Of a stretch of DNA of 64,000 nucleotides, positions 47,182 to 60,976 are shown piece after piece. Each line of letters begins with the position of its first letter. Position 1 is the first letter of the stretch. Origin of the DNA: Candidatus Spongiisociaceae bacterium (GTDB taxonomy: Bacteria; Actinomycetota; Acidimicrobiia; Spongiisociales; Spongiisociaceae). The DNA is taken from NCBI GenBank assembly GCA_965202665.1, contig OZ241841.1, positions 32,001 to 96,000 on the forward strand, in the 5' to 3' direction. The notes under the pieces were generated by a model, which saw only the letters and a list, made by a program, of their open reading frames with translations, made no database searches and was not told where the DNA came from. The translations under genes and the position numbers were made by a program.

Positions 47182-50016
47182 ATGAGCACAACCGAAGAAC
47201 TGTTCAACGAAGGCTTGGCCGGCTCTTTGCGACGGTGCCTGCCCGAATGGGATCAGCCCGACGTGGTAATTGCGGAGCAGACCGGGCTGTTGGCCTCCAG
47301 TCTCAGAAAGAAGGTGGACATTTTGGTGTCGGACCCATATCTGCCGCCGGTGTGCCTTGAGGTGGAGATTGACCCGCCCGCCGGGCAAAGCAACCCCGCG
47401 GAGGACGCTATCCGCCGTTTGGGCGAGCAGTTGTCCCCAGAGGCGGGCGCCTACGCGAATCAACATGTCAGCACCTCCATAGCGGTGCGCGCCCCTTTCG
47501 CGGTGAGAGATCTCAAAACTTTCCAGGAAAGGAGGGACGCCCTGTTGGGAGGCATGCCGCTTTTCTATAAAGCCTGTTACCAGGAGGGCAAAGAAGGCTA
47601 CATTACCTATCCAAGAGAAGGGTACATAAACGGAACCGTCCGGGAGTTATCCGAATTCATAAAATTAGCTGCAATCCCCACTGAAGAAATGAGACGCACC
47701 TCCGACAAAATAATCAATGCAGTAAAAAGCGCGGCGACCAAGATTTCCCGCGCCCTAAATGATGAGGGGGAACGGCGTCGAATAGCGGATGTCTTGGCGC
47801 GTAGGGACCCAGATGGCGCATTGAGGGTGGCGGCTGTTGTCTGGTTGAACGCTTTTTTGATGCAGAATAAACTGGCTTCGGCATTGCCCGAACATGTTCT
47901 TTCCATTCAACAAATGATAGATCAAGAGGGCGACGGTATGTTACGTAACCGGAATATCAGAAAAGTTTGGGTTGATATTCAGAGAATAAACTATCGCTCC
48001 ATTTATGACCCGGCATTGGGCGCGTTGCCGCGTAACATAAATGCTTATATTCTTATGGATTCTCTTCAGAATATTATTGAAGCTGCGGAAGATACTGAAA
48101 TTACAAATTTGGATAAGGTTATCAATGTCGGGGGGGACCTTTTCGCCCGTATGATAGTGGATCGGAAGGAAACCGCTTCCTTTTATACCTTGCCGGAGGT
48201 GGCTGAATTGTTAGCCTACTTGACTATCCCGGCCGATGTATCACCCGCCAACGGCAGTTGGGGCAAGGTACGGCTGGGAGATTTCGCTTGCGGTACCGGA
48301 ACTCTTCTCCGGGCAGGTTATCGCAGGATCAGTTCTTTAGCTAACGATGAATCTTTGCACAAGTGGCTGATAACGGAGGGTATTGCCGGTTTTGATATAA
48401 CTCCCATAGCGGCGCATTTAACAGCCACCGCTTTGGCCTCTTTCGAACCCGCCCAGTCCTACTATACTACCAACATCGGGGTGGTTCCCATAGGAACGGA
48501 CGGTCGGACCGGTTCCCTGGAATTGCTTAATGAATATATGTTGGAAAATTTGTTCGGATCCGGCACTAAGGCCTCTCTGGGCAAGAAAGACGATGATGAA
48601 GAAGATAAGATTACCGCCGCTACCGGTTTGACCGCAATGAACGGAACCTTCGATTTCATTCTTATGAACCCTCCTTATTCTCGTACTCGGGGCGGACAAT
48701 CCGCTTTTGACATTGAAGGGGTGCCGCCGGAAGAACGTAAGCTATGTCAAGCTAGAGCCGGTAAACTGCGTAAGAAAACTCCCGCCAACGGACAGGCGGG
48801 CCTGGGTTCTGACTTTGCGGTAATCGCCGACCTTAAACTGGCCGATCACGGGCGGGTGGGGCTGGTTCTGCCTATGACCGCCGCCTCTGCCTCCTCTTGG
48901 CGTCAAGTTCGGAAAATGTTTGAAAAACAATACAGCGATCTAACTACCGTCTCTTACGCAGGAGGCGCGAAAGGCGGCAAAGAGTCAATGTCCGCCGATA
49001 CTCATCAGGGGGAAATGTTGCTAATAGCGCAGAAGGGACTAAAAGGACGAGCCGGTATCGCCAGCGTCATCATTGACCATCCTGTTCGGTCTATGGCGGA
49101 GGCCGCCGAAACCGCCCGGGGTATCACCAAATCTCTCCGGGGAACTGAACCGGGGCAGGAAGGGATTCTGAGAGTCGGGGAAGACGAAGTAGGACGCTGG
49201 CGGGTGCAGTCGGTGTCAAATGAAGGCGACTCTTGGGGTGCGGTCGGTGCGCAAAGCCTGGAATTAACCGACATTATCAGCGAACTGTTAAGGGGAAAAT
49301 TTGGTCCCCAAAAAGTAAAAATGACTACGGTAGGGGAGCTATTCACAGTGGGACCCACCCATCATCTGATCGGCCATGTAGTAGGTAAGGAAGCAATAGG
49401 GGCCTTTGAGTTTCATTCCATAAAAGGTTCGGCAAGCCCCCGGCTGGGGGATCGGGCGCTCTGGTCGTCCGGACGTAAATATCAGGACAATCAAACCATT
49501 AACGTGTCACCGACCCATTACGGGATTGTTTACAACCCTGATAAAGCGGATGGCATACGCGAAAGCGCATCCGATCTGTTGTTGCAACGCAATATGAGAT
49601 GGACATCTCAACCGGCTTTAGCGGCCTATGCTGAAAGGTCCATGCTAGGCGGTCAAGGGTGGATCACATTGCAACACAATAACAATTTAGTAAAGTTGGG
49701 ATTCGCTTTATGGGCCAACTCTACATTGGGAATGGCGACATATTGGTATCACGGAGGACGTCAACATAGCGGAAGAACCCGGGCTCAAGTGACCAGTATA
49801 ACCGCCCTGCCCTGCCCTGATTTTCAACATTACATCAGCAAACTCGAAGGTTTGGATGATGTTAGCGATTTTGATCTTGATCTGGCTAACCGCGCTGACC
49901 AAGATCAAACCAGGGCAAAATTTGATGAACTTGTTTCGGAAGTCCTTGATATTGATTACGATAAGATTCGCCAACTGGCGGGAATGTGGGTAGCGGAACC
50001 GTCAGTAAAAGGATGA
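47182..50016 (+). CDS. Single-polypeptide Type IIG-like restriction-modification enzyme (nuclease-like N-terminus, gamma-class N6-MTase, TRD)
   Basis: DFACGTGTLL motif I followed by ILMNPPY motif IV; N-terminal VDILV...LEVE; strong RBS before ATG47182; low GC; opposite strand to its neighbours. Confidence 0.8.
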   Translation: MSTTEELFNEGLAGSLRRCLPEWDQPDVVIAEQTGLLASSLRKKVDILVSDPYLPPVCLEVEIDPPAGQSNPAEDAIRRLGEQLSPEAGAYANQHVSTSIAVRAPFAVRDLKTFQERRDALLGGMPLFYKACYQEGKEGYITYPREGYINGTVRELSEFIKLAAIPTEEMRRTSDKIINAVKSAATKISRALNDEGERRRIADVLARRDPDGALRVAAVVWLNAFLMQNKLASALPEHVLSIQQMIDQEGDGMLRNRNIRKVWVDIQRINYRSIYDPALGALPRNINAYILMDSLQNIIEAAEDTEITNLDKVINVGGDLFARMIVDRKETASFYTLPEVAELLAYLTIPADVSPANGSWGKVRLGDFACGTGTLLRAGYRRISSLANDESLHKWLITEGIAGFDITPIAAHLTATALASFEPAQSYYTTNIGVVPIGTDGRTGSLELLNEYMLENLFGSGTKASLGKKDDDEEDKITAATGLTAMNGTFDFILMNPPYSRTRGGQSAFDIEGVPPEERKLCQARAGKLRKKTPANGQAGLGSDFAVIADLKLADHGRVGLVLPMTAASASSWRQVRKMFEKQYSDLTTVSYAGGAKGGKESMSADTHQGEMLLIAQKGLKGRAGIASVIIDHPVRSMAEAAETARGITKSLRGTEPGQEGILRVGEDEVGRWRVQSVSNEGDSWGAVGAQSLELTDIISELLRGKFGPQKVKMTTVGELFTVGPTHHLIGHVVGKEAIGAFEFHSIKGSASPRLGDRALWSSGRKYQDNQTINVSPTHYGIVYNPDKADGIRESASDLLLQRNMRWTSQPALAAYAERSMLGGQGWITLQHNNNLVKLGFALWANSTLGMATYWYHGGRQHSGRTRAQVTSITALPCPDFQHYISKLEGLDDVSDFDLDLANRADQDQTRAKFDELVSEVLDIDYDKIRQLAGMWVAEPSVKG

Positions 50017-50041
50017 CCGGTTCGTCTCTCCGGGGAAAGGC

Positions 50042-50494
50042 CTACCCGGTGTCGGAGATGGCATCGGCGGGTAGATGGGCGGCTAGCACGCCGTTGATGA
50101 AAACGCTGCTGGCGGCGGTGGAAAAACGTTTAGCCAGCTCTATCGCCTCGTTCAAAACCACCGCCGGGGGCGTGTCCTCATACTGCAACTCATACAAACC
50201 CAGCCGCAAAATTGCCCGATCCACGGCCGCCATCCGGGGCACCGCCCAATGATCGGACGACTGACCCAGGGCTTCATCCAACTCCGGGAGACGGGACCAC
50301 GCCCCCTCCGCATAACGGCGAGCCCGCCCCCTCAAATGAGTAGTGTCCGGCTCCGCAAAGTTGCGCTGTTCCGCCTCATAGAGGGCCTTGAGCGCTTGCT
50401 GCCGCGCCCGTCTTCCGCTAGTAGCCGTCCCGGCGTGCTTCTCTGATTCGTCGGGGGAATCCTGCGTTTGCGCCCGCGGCTCGGAGGAGATCAC
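50042..50494 (-). CDS. nusB: Transcription antitermination factor NusB
   Basis: [32 protein letters not shown]. Confidence 0.95.
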   Translation of the reverse strand: MISSEPRAQTQDSPDESEKHAGTATSGRRARQQALKALYEAEQRNFAEPDTTHLRGRARRYAEGAWSRLPELDEALGQSSDHWAVPRMAAVDRAILRLGLYELQYEDTPPAVVLNEAIELAKRFSTAASSVFINGVLAAHLPADAISDTG

Positions 50495-51048
50495 ACCCGG
50501 GTGATATATTCACCGGAGCGGGTGTCCACTTTTATGACATCGCCCGCCTCCACAAACAGCGGCGCTTGCACTACCAGCCCGGTCTGCACGGTTACGCCTT
50601 TGGTCGCCCCCGACACCCGGTCGCCCTTCACCCCCGGTTCCGCTTCCGTCACCTCCAGCTCCACCGCCGCCGGCAACTCCACCCCCAGGGCCCGGCCTTT
50701 GAACAGCCGCAACCCGGCCACCGCCCCTTCCGTCAAAAACCGGCGGGCCTCTCCCACCTCGTCCGGCGACAGCGCATGTTGCGAATAGTCCTCCAGGTTC
50801 ATGAAATGGCAGCCCAGGTCGTCTTCGTACAGGAACTGGTGATCGCGTCTTTCCACCATCGCCCGCGGAACGTCCTCGTCCGCCCGGAACGTCCGGTCCA
50901 CCACCGCTCCCGAATTCAGGTTGCGCAGTTTCATCCGCACGAAGGCCCGTCCTTTGCCCGGCTTCACATGCTGATGCTCCAGAATCTGAAACAGGCCTTC
51001 GGGCAACTCCAGGGCCATCCCCGTTTTGACGTCGTTGGTGGAAACCAT
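50491..51048 (-). CDS. efp: Elongation factor P
   Basis: [23 protein letters not shown]. Confidence 0.97.
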   Translation of the reverse strand: MVSTNDVKTGMALELPEGLFQILEHQHVKPGKGRAFVRMKLRNLNSGAVVDRTFRADEDVPRAMVERRDHQFLYEDDLGCHFMNLEDYSQHALSPDEVGEARRFLTEGAVAGLRLFKGRALGVELPAAVELEVTEAEPGVKGDRVSGATKGVTVQTGLVVQAPLFVEAGDVIKVDTRSGEYITRV

Positions 51049-51081
51049 GCCCCCATATTAGGGGGATGGCCCGCCGTCCGC

Positions 51082-52596
51082 CTACCCCGCCCCGATGGCG
51101 GCCAAGCCCAAGTCGATTTCCTCCGGCCCCACCGGTTCCACCACCGGGTCCCCGATGCCCCTGAGCAACACCATTCGCAGACCTTGCTCCGTTCGTTTCT
51201 TATCCCGGGAAATCAAGGTCAGAACCCGGTCCCGGTCCACCGGCGGGGCCTGCGTCGGCAACCCCAGCTTCTCCAGCGGACCCCGCACCAGTTGCGGATC
51301 GAATCCGTAGCGGTGGGCGGACACTTCCGCCTCCGCCGCCATCCCCACCGCCACCGCCAACCCGTGGGGCATCCCGCACGCCGCCTCCACCCCGTGCCCG
51401 ATGGTGTGGCCGAAGTTGAGCGCCGCCCGGCGGCCCGCTTCCCGGAAGTCGGCCGCCACCACCTCCGTTTTCACCGCCGCCGCCCGCCGCACCACCTCCC
51501 CCAGCGGGGCTTTCAGGCCGCGCCGGTCGAACAACTCGGTCAAAGCCGGGTCGGCGATGAACCCGGCTTTGACCGCCTCCGCCGCCCCTTCCCGCAGCAG
51601 CTCCGCCGGCAACTTCTCCAAAATCCGCAGGTTGATCGCCACCCGGGACGGATGCCAAAAGGCCCCCACCAGGTTCTTGCCGGCCACGTTCACCCCGGTT
51701 TTGCCCCCGATGGCGGCGTCCACCGCCGCCAGCAAAGTGGTGGGAACCAAAACGCTTTCCACTCCCCGCAGCCAGGTGGCGGCCACGAACCCGGCCAAGT
51801 CGGTGGCCGCTCCCCCGCCCACCCCGACGATGACGTCGCGTCTTCCCAGGTTGGCCTCCGCCAGCCGCTCATAGGCCATCCCCGCGGTGGCCACCGTCTT
51901 CGCCGCGTCCCGGTCCGGCAACGCGATGGAGGCGGCGACCGCCAGCCCCCGCCCCCGCAAGTCCTCCGTTACCCGCTCCGCCCAGTCCGCAACCGACAGC
52001 TGGTAGAACACCGCCGCCGCCCGCCGCCCCTCCGAGTCGGGCAACAGGGGGGAGGGCAGATGCGGGCCGATCAGAACCTCCGAGGACTCGCCCGCCGTAA
52101 GCCTCGCGCATTCCCCGGCCCGGGCCGCCGTCTCCTCCGCCGAACCGCTTCCGTCGATCACGTAATGGGCGGCCGCCTGGTAATGCGGGCGGCGTTCGGC
52201 CAGCAGCTCCTCCAGGCGGGAGGCGGCGTCCCGCCCTTCCAGCAGGGGCCGCCCTCCCTGGGCCCGCCCGGCCAAAACGGAAACCGGGGCGTCCAGCCAC
52301 GCCACCGCTCCGCTGTCGCGCATCGCCTCCCGGTTGGACTTGTCCAAAACCGCCCCCCCGCCGGTGGAAATAACCGCCTCCCCCGGGGCGGCGGCCAGCC
52401 GGGCCACCTCTTCTTTCTCCAACCTCCGGAAGCGCTCCTCCCCTCCGGCGGCGAATATTTGGCCGATGGAAAGGCCCGCCCGCTCCTCGATCAGCCGGTC
52501 CATGTCCCGATGGGCGACTCCCCGGGCGGCCGCCGCCAGCTCCCCGGCAGTGGTTTTGCCGGAGCCCATCATTCCGATGAGCCAGACTTTTCCCAT
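51082..52596 (-). CDS. aroKB: Fused shikimate kinase / 3-dehydroquinate synthase
   Basis: GMMGSGKTT, STGGG, RPLL, then GGGAATD, PTTLLA..DAAIGGK, LNFGHTIGH. Confidence 0.93.
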   Translation of the reverse strand: MGKVWLIGMMGSGKTTAGELAAAARGVAHRDMDRLIEERAGLSIGQIFAAGGEERFRRLEKEEVARLAAAPGEAVISTGGGAVLDKSNREAMRDSGAVAWLDAPVSVLAGRAQGGRPLLEGRDAASRLEELLAERRPHYQAAAHYVIDGSGSAEETAARAGECARLTAGESSEVLIGPHLPSPLLPDSEGRRAAAVFYQLSVADWAERVTEDLRGRGLAVAASIALPDRDAAKTVATAGMAYERLAEANLGRRDVIVGVGGGAATDLAGFVAATWLRGVESVLVPTTLLAAVDAAIGGKTGVNVAGKNLVGAFWHPSRVAINLRILEKLPAELLREGAAEAVKAGFIADPALTELFDRRGLKAPLGEVVRRAAAVKTEVVAADFREAGRRAALNFGHTIGHGVEAACGMPHGLAVAVGMAAEAEVSAHRYGFDPQLVRGPLEKLGLPTQAPPVDRDRVLTLISRDKKRTEQGLRMVLLRGIGDPVVEPVGPEEIDLGLAAIGAG

Positions 52597-52602
52597 CGGC
52601 GT

Positions 52603-53754
52603 TCAGAAGCCGGCCAGCCGGGCCCGGTAGGCTTCCACCCCGGCTGTGAAATCGGCCAACGCGTCCCCGCCGAACTTGCGTTGCATCTCCTGGGCCAGCA
52701 CCACGGCCACCATCTGTTCGGCCACCACCCCCGCCGCGGGCACCGCGCACACGTCCGACCGCTCCCGAAAGGCCTTCTCCGGTTGCTTGGTGACCACGTC
52801 CACCGTGCGCAAAGGGCGCATCACCGTGGAAATCGGTTTCATGGCCGCCCGCACCCGCAACGGCTGGCCGGTGGACATCCCCCCCTCGGTCCCCCCCGCC
52901 CGGACGGTGGGGCGGACGAAAACGCCGTCCTCGTAGAAAATCTCGTCGTGGGCCTCCGAACCCCGGCGGCGGGCCGTTTCCATCCCATCCCCCACCTCCA
53001 CCGCTTTTATGGCCTGGATGGACATCAAAGCCCCGGCCAGCCGGGCGTCCAGCCGCCTCTCCCAATGCACATGGGATCCGATCCCGGGGGGCAAGCCGTG
53101 CGCCACCACTTCCACCACCCCGCCCAAAGTGTCCCGGTCGGCGGCGGCCCGTTCTATTTCAGCCACCATCTCCGCCTCCGCCTCGGCTCCGAAGGCCCGC
53201 ACCGGCGAAGAGTCTATGGCGGGCAGGTCCTCCACGGCGGGGAGGTCCTCCCGTTGCGACTCCGCCCGCCCGATGGCCGTCACATGGCTCAGCACCGCCA
53301 CCCCGGCCGCCGCCAGCAGTTGCTTGGCCAGGTAGCCGGCGACGGTGCGGGCCGCCGTTTCCCGGGCCGAGGCCCTTTCCAGAATGTTGCGGGCGTCTTT
53401 GGTGTCGTATTTGAGCATTCCCGCCAAGTCGGCGTGGCCGGGGCGGGGGGTGGTCATAGGACGGCGCGGCTCCCCCGGATCGGGGGACATTTCCTCCGAC
53501 CAGCGGGGCCATTCCGTGTTGCGAATCAGCACCGCCACCGGCGAACCCAGGGTCAGGCCGTGCCGCACCCCGCCCAGGAACTCCAGCTCGTCCCGCTCTA
53601 TCTTCATCCGGTTGCCCCGCCCGAATCCCAGTCGGCGGCGGGCCAGCTCGGAGGCCAGTCCCTCCCGCAGGCAGGGCATGCCGGCGGGGAGGCCCTCCAC
53701 GATGGTCACCAAGCCCGGGCCGTGCGATTCTCCGGCGGTGAGAAAACGAAACAT
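52603..53754 (-). CDS. aroC: Chorismate synthase
   Basis: TAGESHG, RPGHAD, ERASARETA, MKPIST. Confidence 0.97.
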   Translation of the reverse strand: MFRFLTAGESHGPGLVTIVEGLPAGMPCLREGLASELARRRLGFGRGNRMKIERDELEFLGGVRHGLTLGSPVAVLIRNTEWPRWSEEMSPDPGEPRRPMTTPRPGHADLAGMLKYDTKDARNILERASARETAARTVAGYLAKQLLAAAGVAVLSHVTAIGRAESQREDLPAVEDLPAIDSSPVRAFGAEAEAEMVAEIERAAADRDTLGGVVEVVAHGLPPGIGSHVHWERRLDARLAGALMSIQAIKAVEVGDGMETARRRGSEAHDEIFYEDGVFVRPTVRAGGTEGGMSTGQPLRVRAAMKPISTVMRPLRTVDVVTKQPEKAFRERSDVCAVPAAGVVAEQMVAVVLAQEMQRKFGGDALADFTAGVEAYRARLAGF

Positions 53755-53810
53755 AGGCCGATATTAGAGGATGGCCGGGACGTTTCCCGGACGCCGCCCG
53801 CCCCGGCTGG

Positions 53811-54575
53811 TTACGCCAAGGCGATCCGCTCCCAGAAAGGGGAGCCGGCCGCGGCCGCCGCCAGCCAGGCGGTTGCCGCCATAAAAGGCCCGAAGGCCAA
53901 AAGGTCCCCGCCGGTGCGCTTACCCGCCGCCATCAGCAAAACTCCGGCGACCGCCCCGGTTGCGAAGGCGGCCAGCAGGGACAGGGCCGCCCACCGCCAT
54001 CCCGCGTAGCCGGTGAACAAACCCAGCAGGAAAGCCAGTTTCACATCCCCGTAACCCAGCCCGCCCCGGGCCAGCAGGGCCGCGGCCAGCATCACCGCGA
54101 AGCTCCCCGCCCCGGACGCCGCCGCCTCCCCCAGCCGGGCCGACTCCCCCGCCGCCAGCGAACCGGCGGCCAGCAACGCGCCGCCGACCGCGATTCCCGG
54201 AAACAGAATCCGGTTGGGCACTCGCATCTGCTCCAAGTCGATGACGGCCAAGGCCAGGGCGATGGAGGCGAACCACAGGTAGGCGGGGAGGACCGGGGAG
54301 GCCCCGATTGCCAGAACGGTGGCCGCCCACAACCCTCCGCAGGCCGCCTCCAGCAACGGGCCCCGCGCCGGAATGCGCATCCCGCACTGCGGGCACCGAC
54401 CGCGGCGGGCCGCCCACCATCCCAGCGGAACCCAGTCCCATCCCCCCCTCCGCCCGCAATGGGAGAACCGCCCGGCCCCGCCTCCGCCCGGCCGTCGGTC
54501 GGCCCAGGCGAACAGGGGACGGGCGGCCAGCATCCCCGACAAAGCGGCCCAGCCGGCCCAGGCCGCCAAACTCAT
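53811..54575 (-). CDS. Prepilin peptidase (A24 family)
   Basis: GRCPQC, VIDLE..RVPN, GLGYGDVKL, FGPF. Confidence 0.88.
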   Translation of the reverse strand: MSLAAWAGWAALSGMLAARPLFAWADRRPGGGGAGRFSHCGRRGGWDWVPLGWWAARRGRCPQCGMRIPARGPLLEAACGGLWAATVLAIGASPVLPAYLWFASIALALAVIDLEQMRVPNRILFPGIAVGGALLAAGSLAAGESARLGEAAASGAGSFAVMLAAALLARGGLGYGDVKLAFLLGLFTGYAGWRWAALSLLAAFATGAVAGVLLMAAGKRTGGDLLAFGPFMAATAWLAAAAAGSPFWERIALA

Positions 54576-55347
54576 CGGCCCGCCTCGGCCAGGGCCTGCA
54601 GCATTACGCGGGCGGGAACCGTCTTTCCCGTCCAGATGCGGAACCCGGCGACGGCCTGGCCCACCAGCATCATTTCCCCGGTCGCCACCGGCCGTCCGGC
54701 GGCCCGCATCCGCAGCATGGCCGGAGTGGGTCCGTGCCCGTAGTTCATTTCAAACAAACCGACCGCTTCCTCCAGCACCGCCTCCGGCAGGGACTCGCCC
54801 TCCAAGCCGAGGGGGGTGGCGTTCACCGTCACCGCCCCCGGAACCGGCCGCCCCCAGGGGACGGTCCGCGTCCCCGCCGCCGGTCCCTCCGCCAAGGCGG
54901 CGGCCGCCTGCGGACGGCGGGCCGACACCCACAACTCCCTCCCTTCCAGCGCCAGCAGGGCGGCCGCCGCCGCCCCGCCCGCCCCCAGCACCAGCGCCGG
55001 GGCCCCGTCCGGGAGGCGGGCGTCCTCCCAGGCGAAGGCCACCCCGTCCGGGTCGGTGGTGTGGCCGTGCAACATTCCGTCCCGTAGCCACAGGGTGTTG
55101 GCAACCCCGCACCGCTCCGCCTGCGGGGTGAGGCGGTCGCACAACTCCGCGGCCAGCCTCTTGTGGGGCATGGTCACGTTGGCCCCGTCCAGCCGCCCGT
55201 CCCGGATTTCCCCCGCTCCGGCCCGCATCCCCGCCTCGTCCACCCGGCGGCGGCCGTAACGGCCTTCCATTCCGATGTGGCGCAGGGCCGCCCCCATTAT
55301 CACCGGCGACAGCGAATGCTCCACCGGGTCGCCGAAGATAGTGAAAT

Positions 55348-55351
<4 letters not shown>
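54572..55351 (-). CDS. aroE: Shikimate dehydrogenase
   Basis: GDPVEHSLSP, NVTMPHK, GAGGAA, NATPLG. Confidence 0.95.
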
Positions 55352-56471
<1,120 letters not shown>

Positions 56472-56475
<4 letters not shown>

Positions 56476-56914
56476 TTCCCCCCCTCCCGCCCCCGGCGGT
56501 CCAGGTAACCCTGCAGCATCACCGCCGCCGCCGTCTTGTCCACCGCCCCCCGCCGGGCCGCCCGGCCCGCCCCGGCCGCGGCTAAAACCCGGTCGGCGAT
56601 GCGGGTGGTGAACCGTTCGTCGTACAGTTCCACCGGCGCCGACAGGGCTTTTTCCACTTCGGCTGCGAACCGGCGGGCCGCCCGCGCCGAATGATGTTCG
56701 GTCCCGTCCAGGGAAACCGGCAACCCCACCACCACCGATGCGGCCCCGTACTCCTCCATTATTTCCCCCAGGCGGGTCAGGAGACGGGGATCCCGGCGGC
56801 GGATGACCTCCACCGGCTGGGCGGTCAGGCCCAGGCCGTCCGACACCGCCACCCCCACCCGGGCCGTCCCGTAATCCAAACCCATTATCCGGCGGACGGG
56901 CGGACGGGGGGGGC

Positions 56915-56918
<4 letters not shown>
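56472..56918 (-). CDS. ruvX: RuvX/YqgF family nuclease
   Basis: GLDYG..RVGVAVSD, VVGLP, DERFTT, VDKTAA. Confidence 0.95.
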
Positions 56919-59551
<2,633 letters not shown>

Positions 59552-59563
59552 GGCCCTGCCAGG

Positions 59564-60976
59564 TTAGCCGGGCGCCGGTTCTTTCCCCGACCGGTCGGAC
59601 CGGGCCCGGGGCGGGCGTCCCAGCCGGGCGTCCCATTCCGCCAAGCGGCGGGCCGTCTCCGCTTCCGCTCCCTGTTGGGTGGGCCGGTAGAAGACCATCC
59701 CCTCCGCTTCGGGGGGCAGGTAGGCCTGTTCCACCAGATGGTCCGGGAAGTCGTGCGGGTTGAGGTAGCCGGGGGCCCGTCCGTCCACCGCCTCCCCGAC
59801 CAGCCGCCCGCCGGTGGAGCGCAGATGGGTGGGCGTAGCCGCCTCCGGGGCGGCGGCCACCGCTTGCCGGGCGGCCAGCATCCCGGTTTTCACCGAATCC
59901 GATTTGGGGGCCGCGGCTAGGAAGACGGCCGCCTGCGACAGGTTGAAGGCGGCCTCCGGCAGGCCCACGTAGGCCAGGGCGCGGGCGGCGGCCACCGCCT
60001 GCGGGAGGGCTTGCGGTTCGGCCAGTCCCACATCCTCGGAGGCGAAGATCACCATCCGCCGGGCGATGAACTCCGGATCCTCCCCCGCCTCCAGCATGGT
60101 GTGCAGCCAGTAGAGGGCCGCATCCGGGTCGGAACCCCGCAGGGATTTGATGAAAGCCGAGATGACGTCGTAGTGGCGGTCGCCTTTTTTGTCGTAGCGG
60201 ATGATGCGCCGCTGCAGGGCCTCCTCCATGTCCTCCACCGTGATGTTGCCCCGCCCGGCCCCGCGGGCCACCACCGCCGCCACCTCCAGCGCGTTGAGGG
60301 CCAGGCGGGCGTCCCCTCCCGCTCGTTCCGCCAGGGAAATTCGGGCTTCGGGGTCCATGACGAGGGGCGGCGCGGCGGATTCCCGTTCCATGGCGGCCAG
60401 GCCGGATTCCTCGTTGGACAGGGCCCGCTCCAAAAGGTCGCCCAGCTCGGCGGGGGGAATGGGTTCCAGCCGGAAAAGGGTGCTGCGGCTGATCAGGGGG
60501 GAGTTCACCTCGAAGAACGGGTTCTCGGTGGTGGCCCCCACCAGGATGACCGTTCCGTCCTCCGCCGCCGGGAGCAGGGCGTCCTGCTGGGCTTTGTTGA
60601 AGCGGTGGATTTCGTCCAAAAACAGCACGGTGCGCTCCCCTCCCTCCTCCAGGCGGCGGCGGGCCCGGTCCAGAACCTCCCGCACGTCCCGCACTCCGTG
60701 GGCGGAGGCGGACAACTGTTCGAAGGAGGCCTCCGTTTCGGAAGCCACCAGCCGCGCCAAGGTGGTTTTGCCCGTTCCGGGCGGCCCGAACAGGATCATC
60801 GACGTCGGGCAGCCCGTTTCCACCATGGTTCGGAAGGCGGCCCCGGGGGACAACAGGGCGGGCTGGCCGGCCACTTCCTCCAAGGTGCGGGGACGCATCC
60901 GGTCGGCCAGCGGAGCCGCCCGGCGACGGCGCTCCTCCCCCTCCCGCGCGAAAAAGGCGGGCTGGCCGCCGATCAT
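59564..60976 (-). CDS. rarA: Replication-associated recombination protein A (RarA/MgsA)
   Basis: PLADRMRP, GPPGTGKTT, DEIHRFNKAQQD, SAFIKSLRGSD. Confidence 0.95.
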   Translation of the reverse strand: MIGGQPAFFAREGEERRRRAAPLADRMRPRTLEEVAGQPALLSPGAAFRTMVETGCPTSMILFGPPGTGKTTLARLVASETEASFEQLSASAHGVRDVREVLDRARRRLEEGGERTVLFLDEIHRFNKAQQDALLPAAEDGTVILVGATTENPFFEVNSPLISRSTLFRLEPIPPAELGDLLERALSNEESGLAAMERESAAPPLVMDPEARISLAERAGGDARLALNALEVAAVVARGAGRGNITVEDMEEALQRRIIRYDKKGDRHYDVISAFIKSLRGSDPDAALYWLHTMLEAGEDPEFIARRMVIFASEDVGLAEPQALPQAVAAARALAYVGLPEAAFNLSQAAVFLAAAPKSDSVKTGMLAARQAVAAAPEAATPTHLRSTGGRLVGEAVDGRAPGYLNPHDFPDHLVEQAYLPPEAEGMVFYRPTQQGAEAETARRLAEWDARLGRPPRARSDRSGKEPAPG

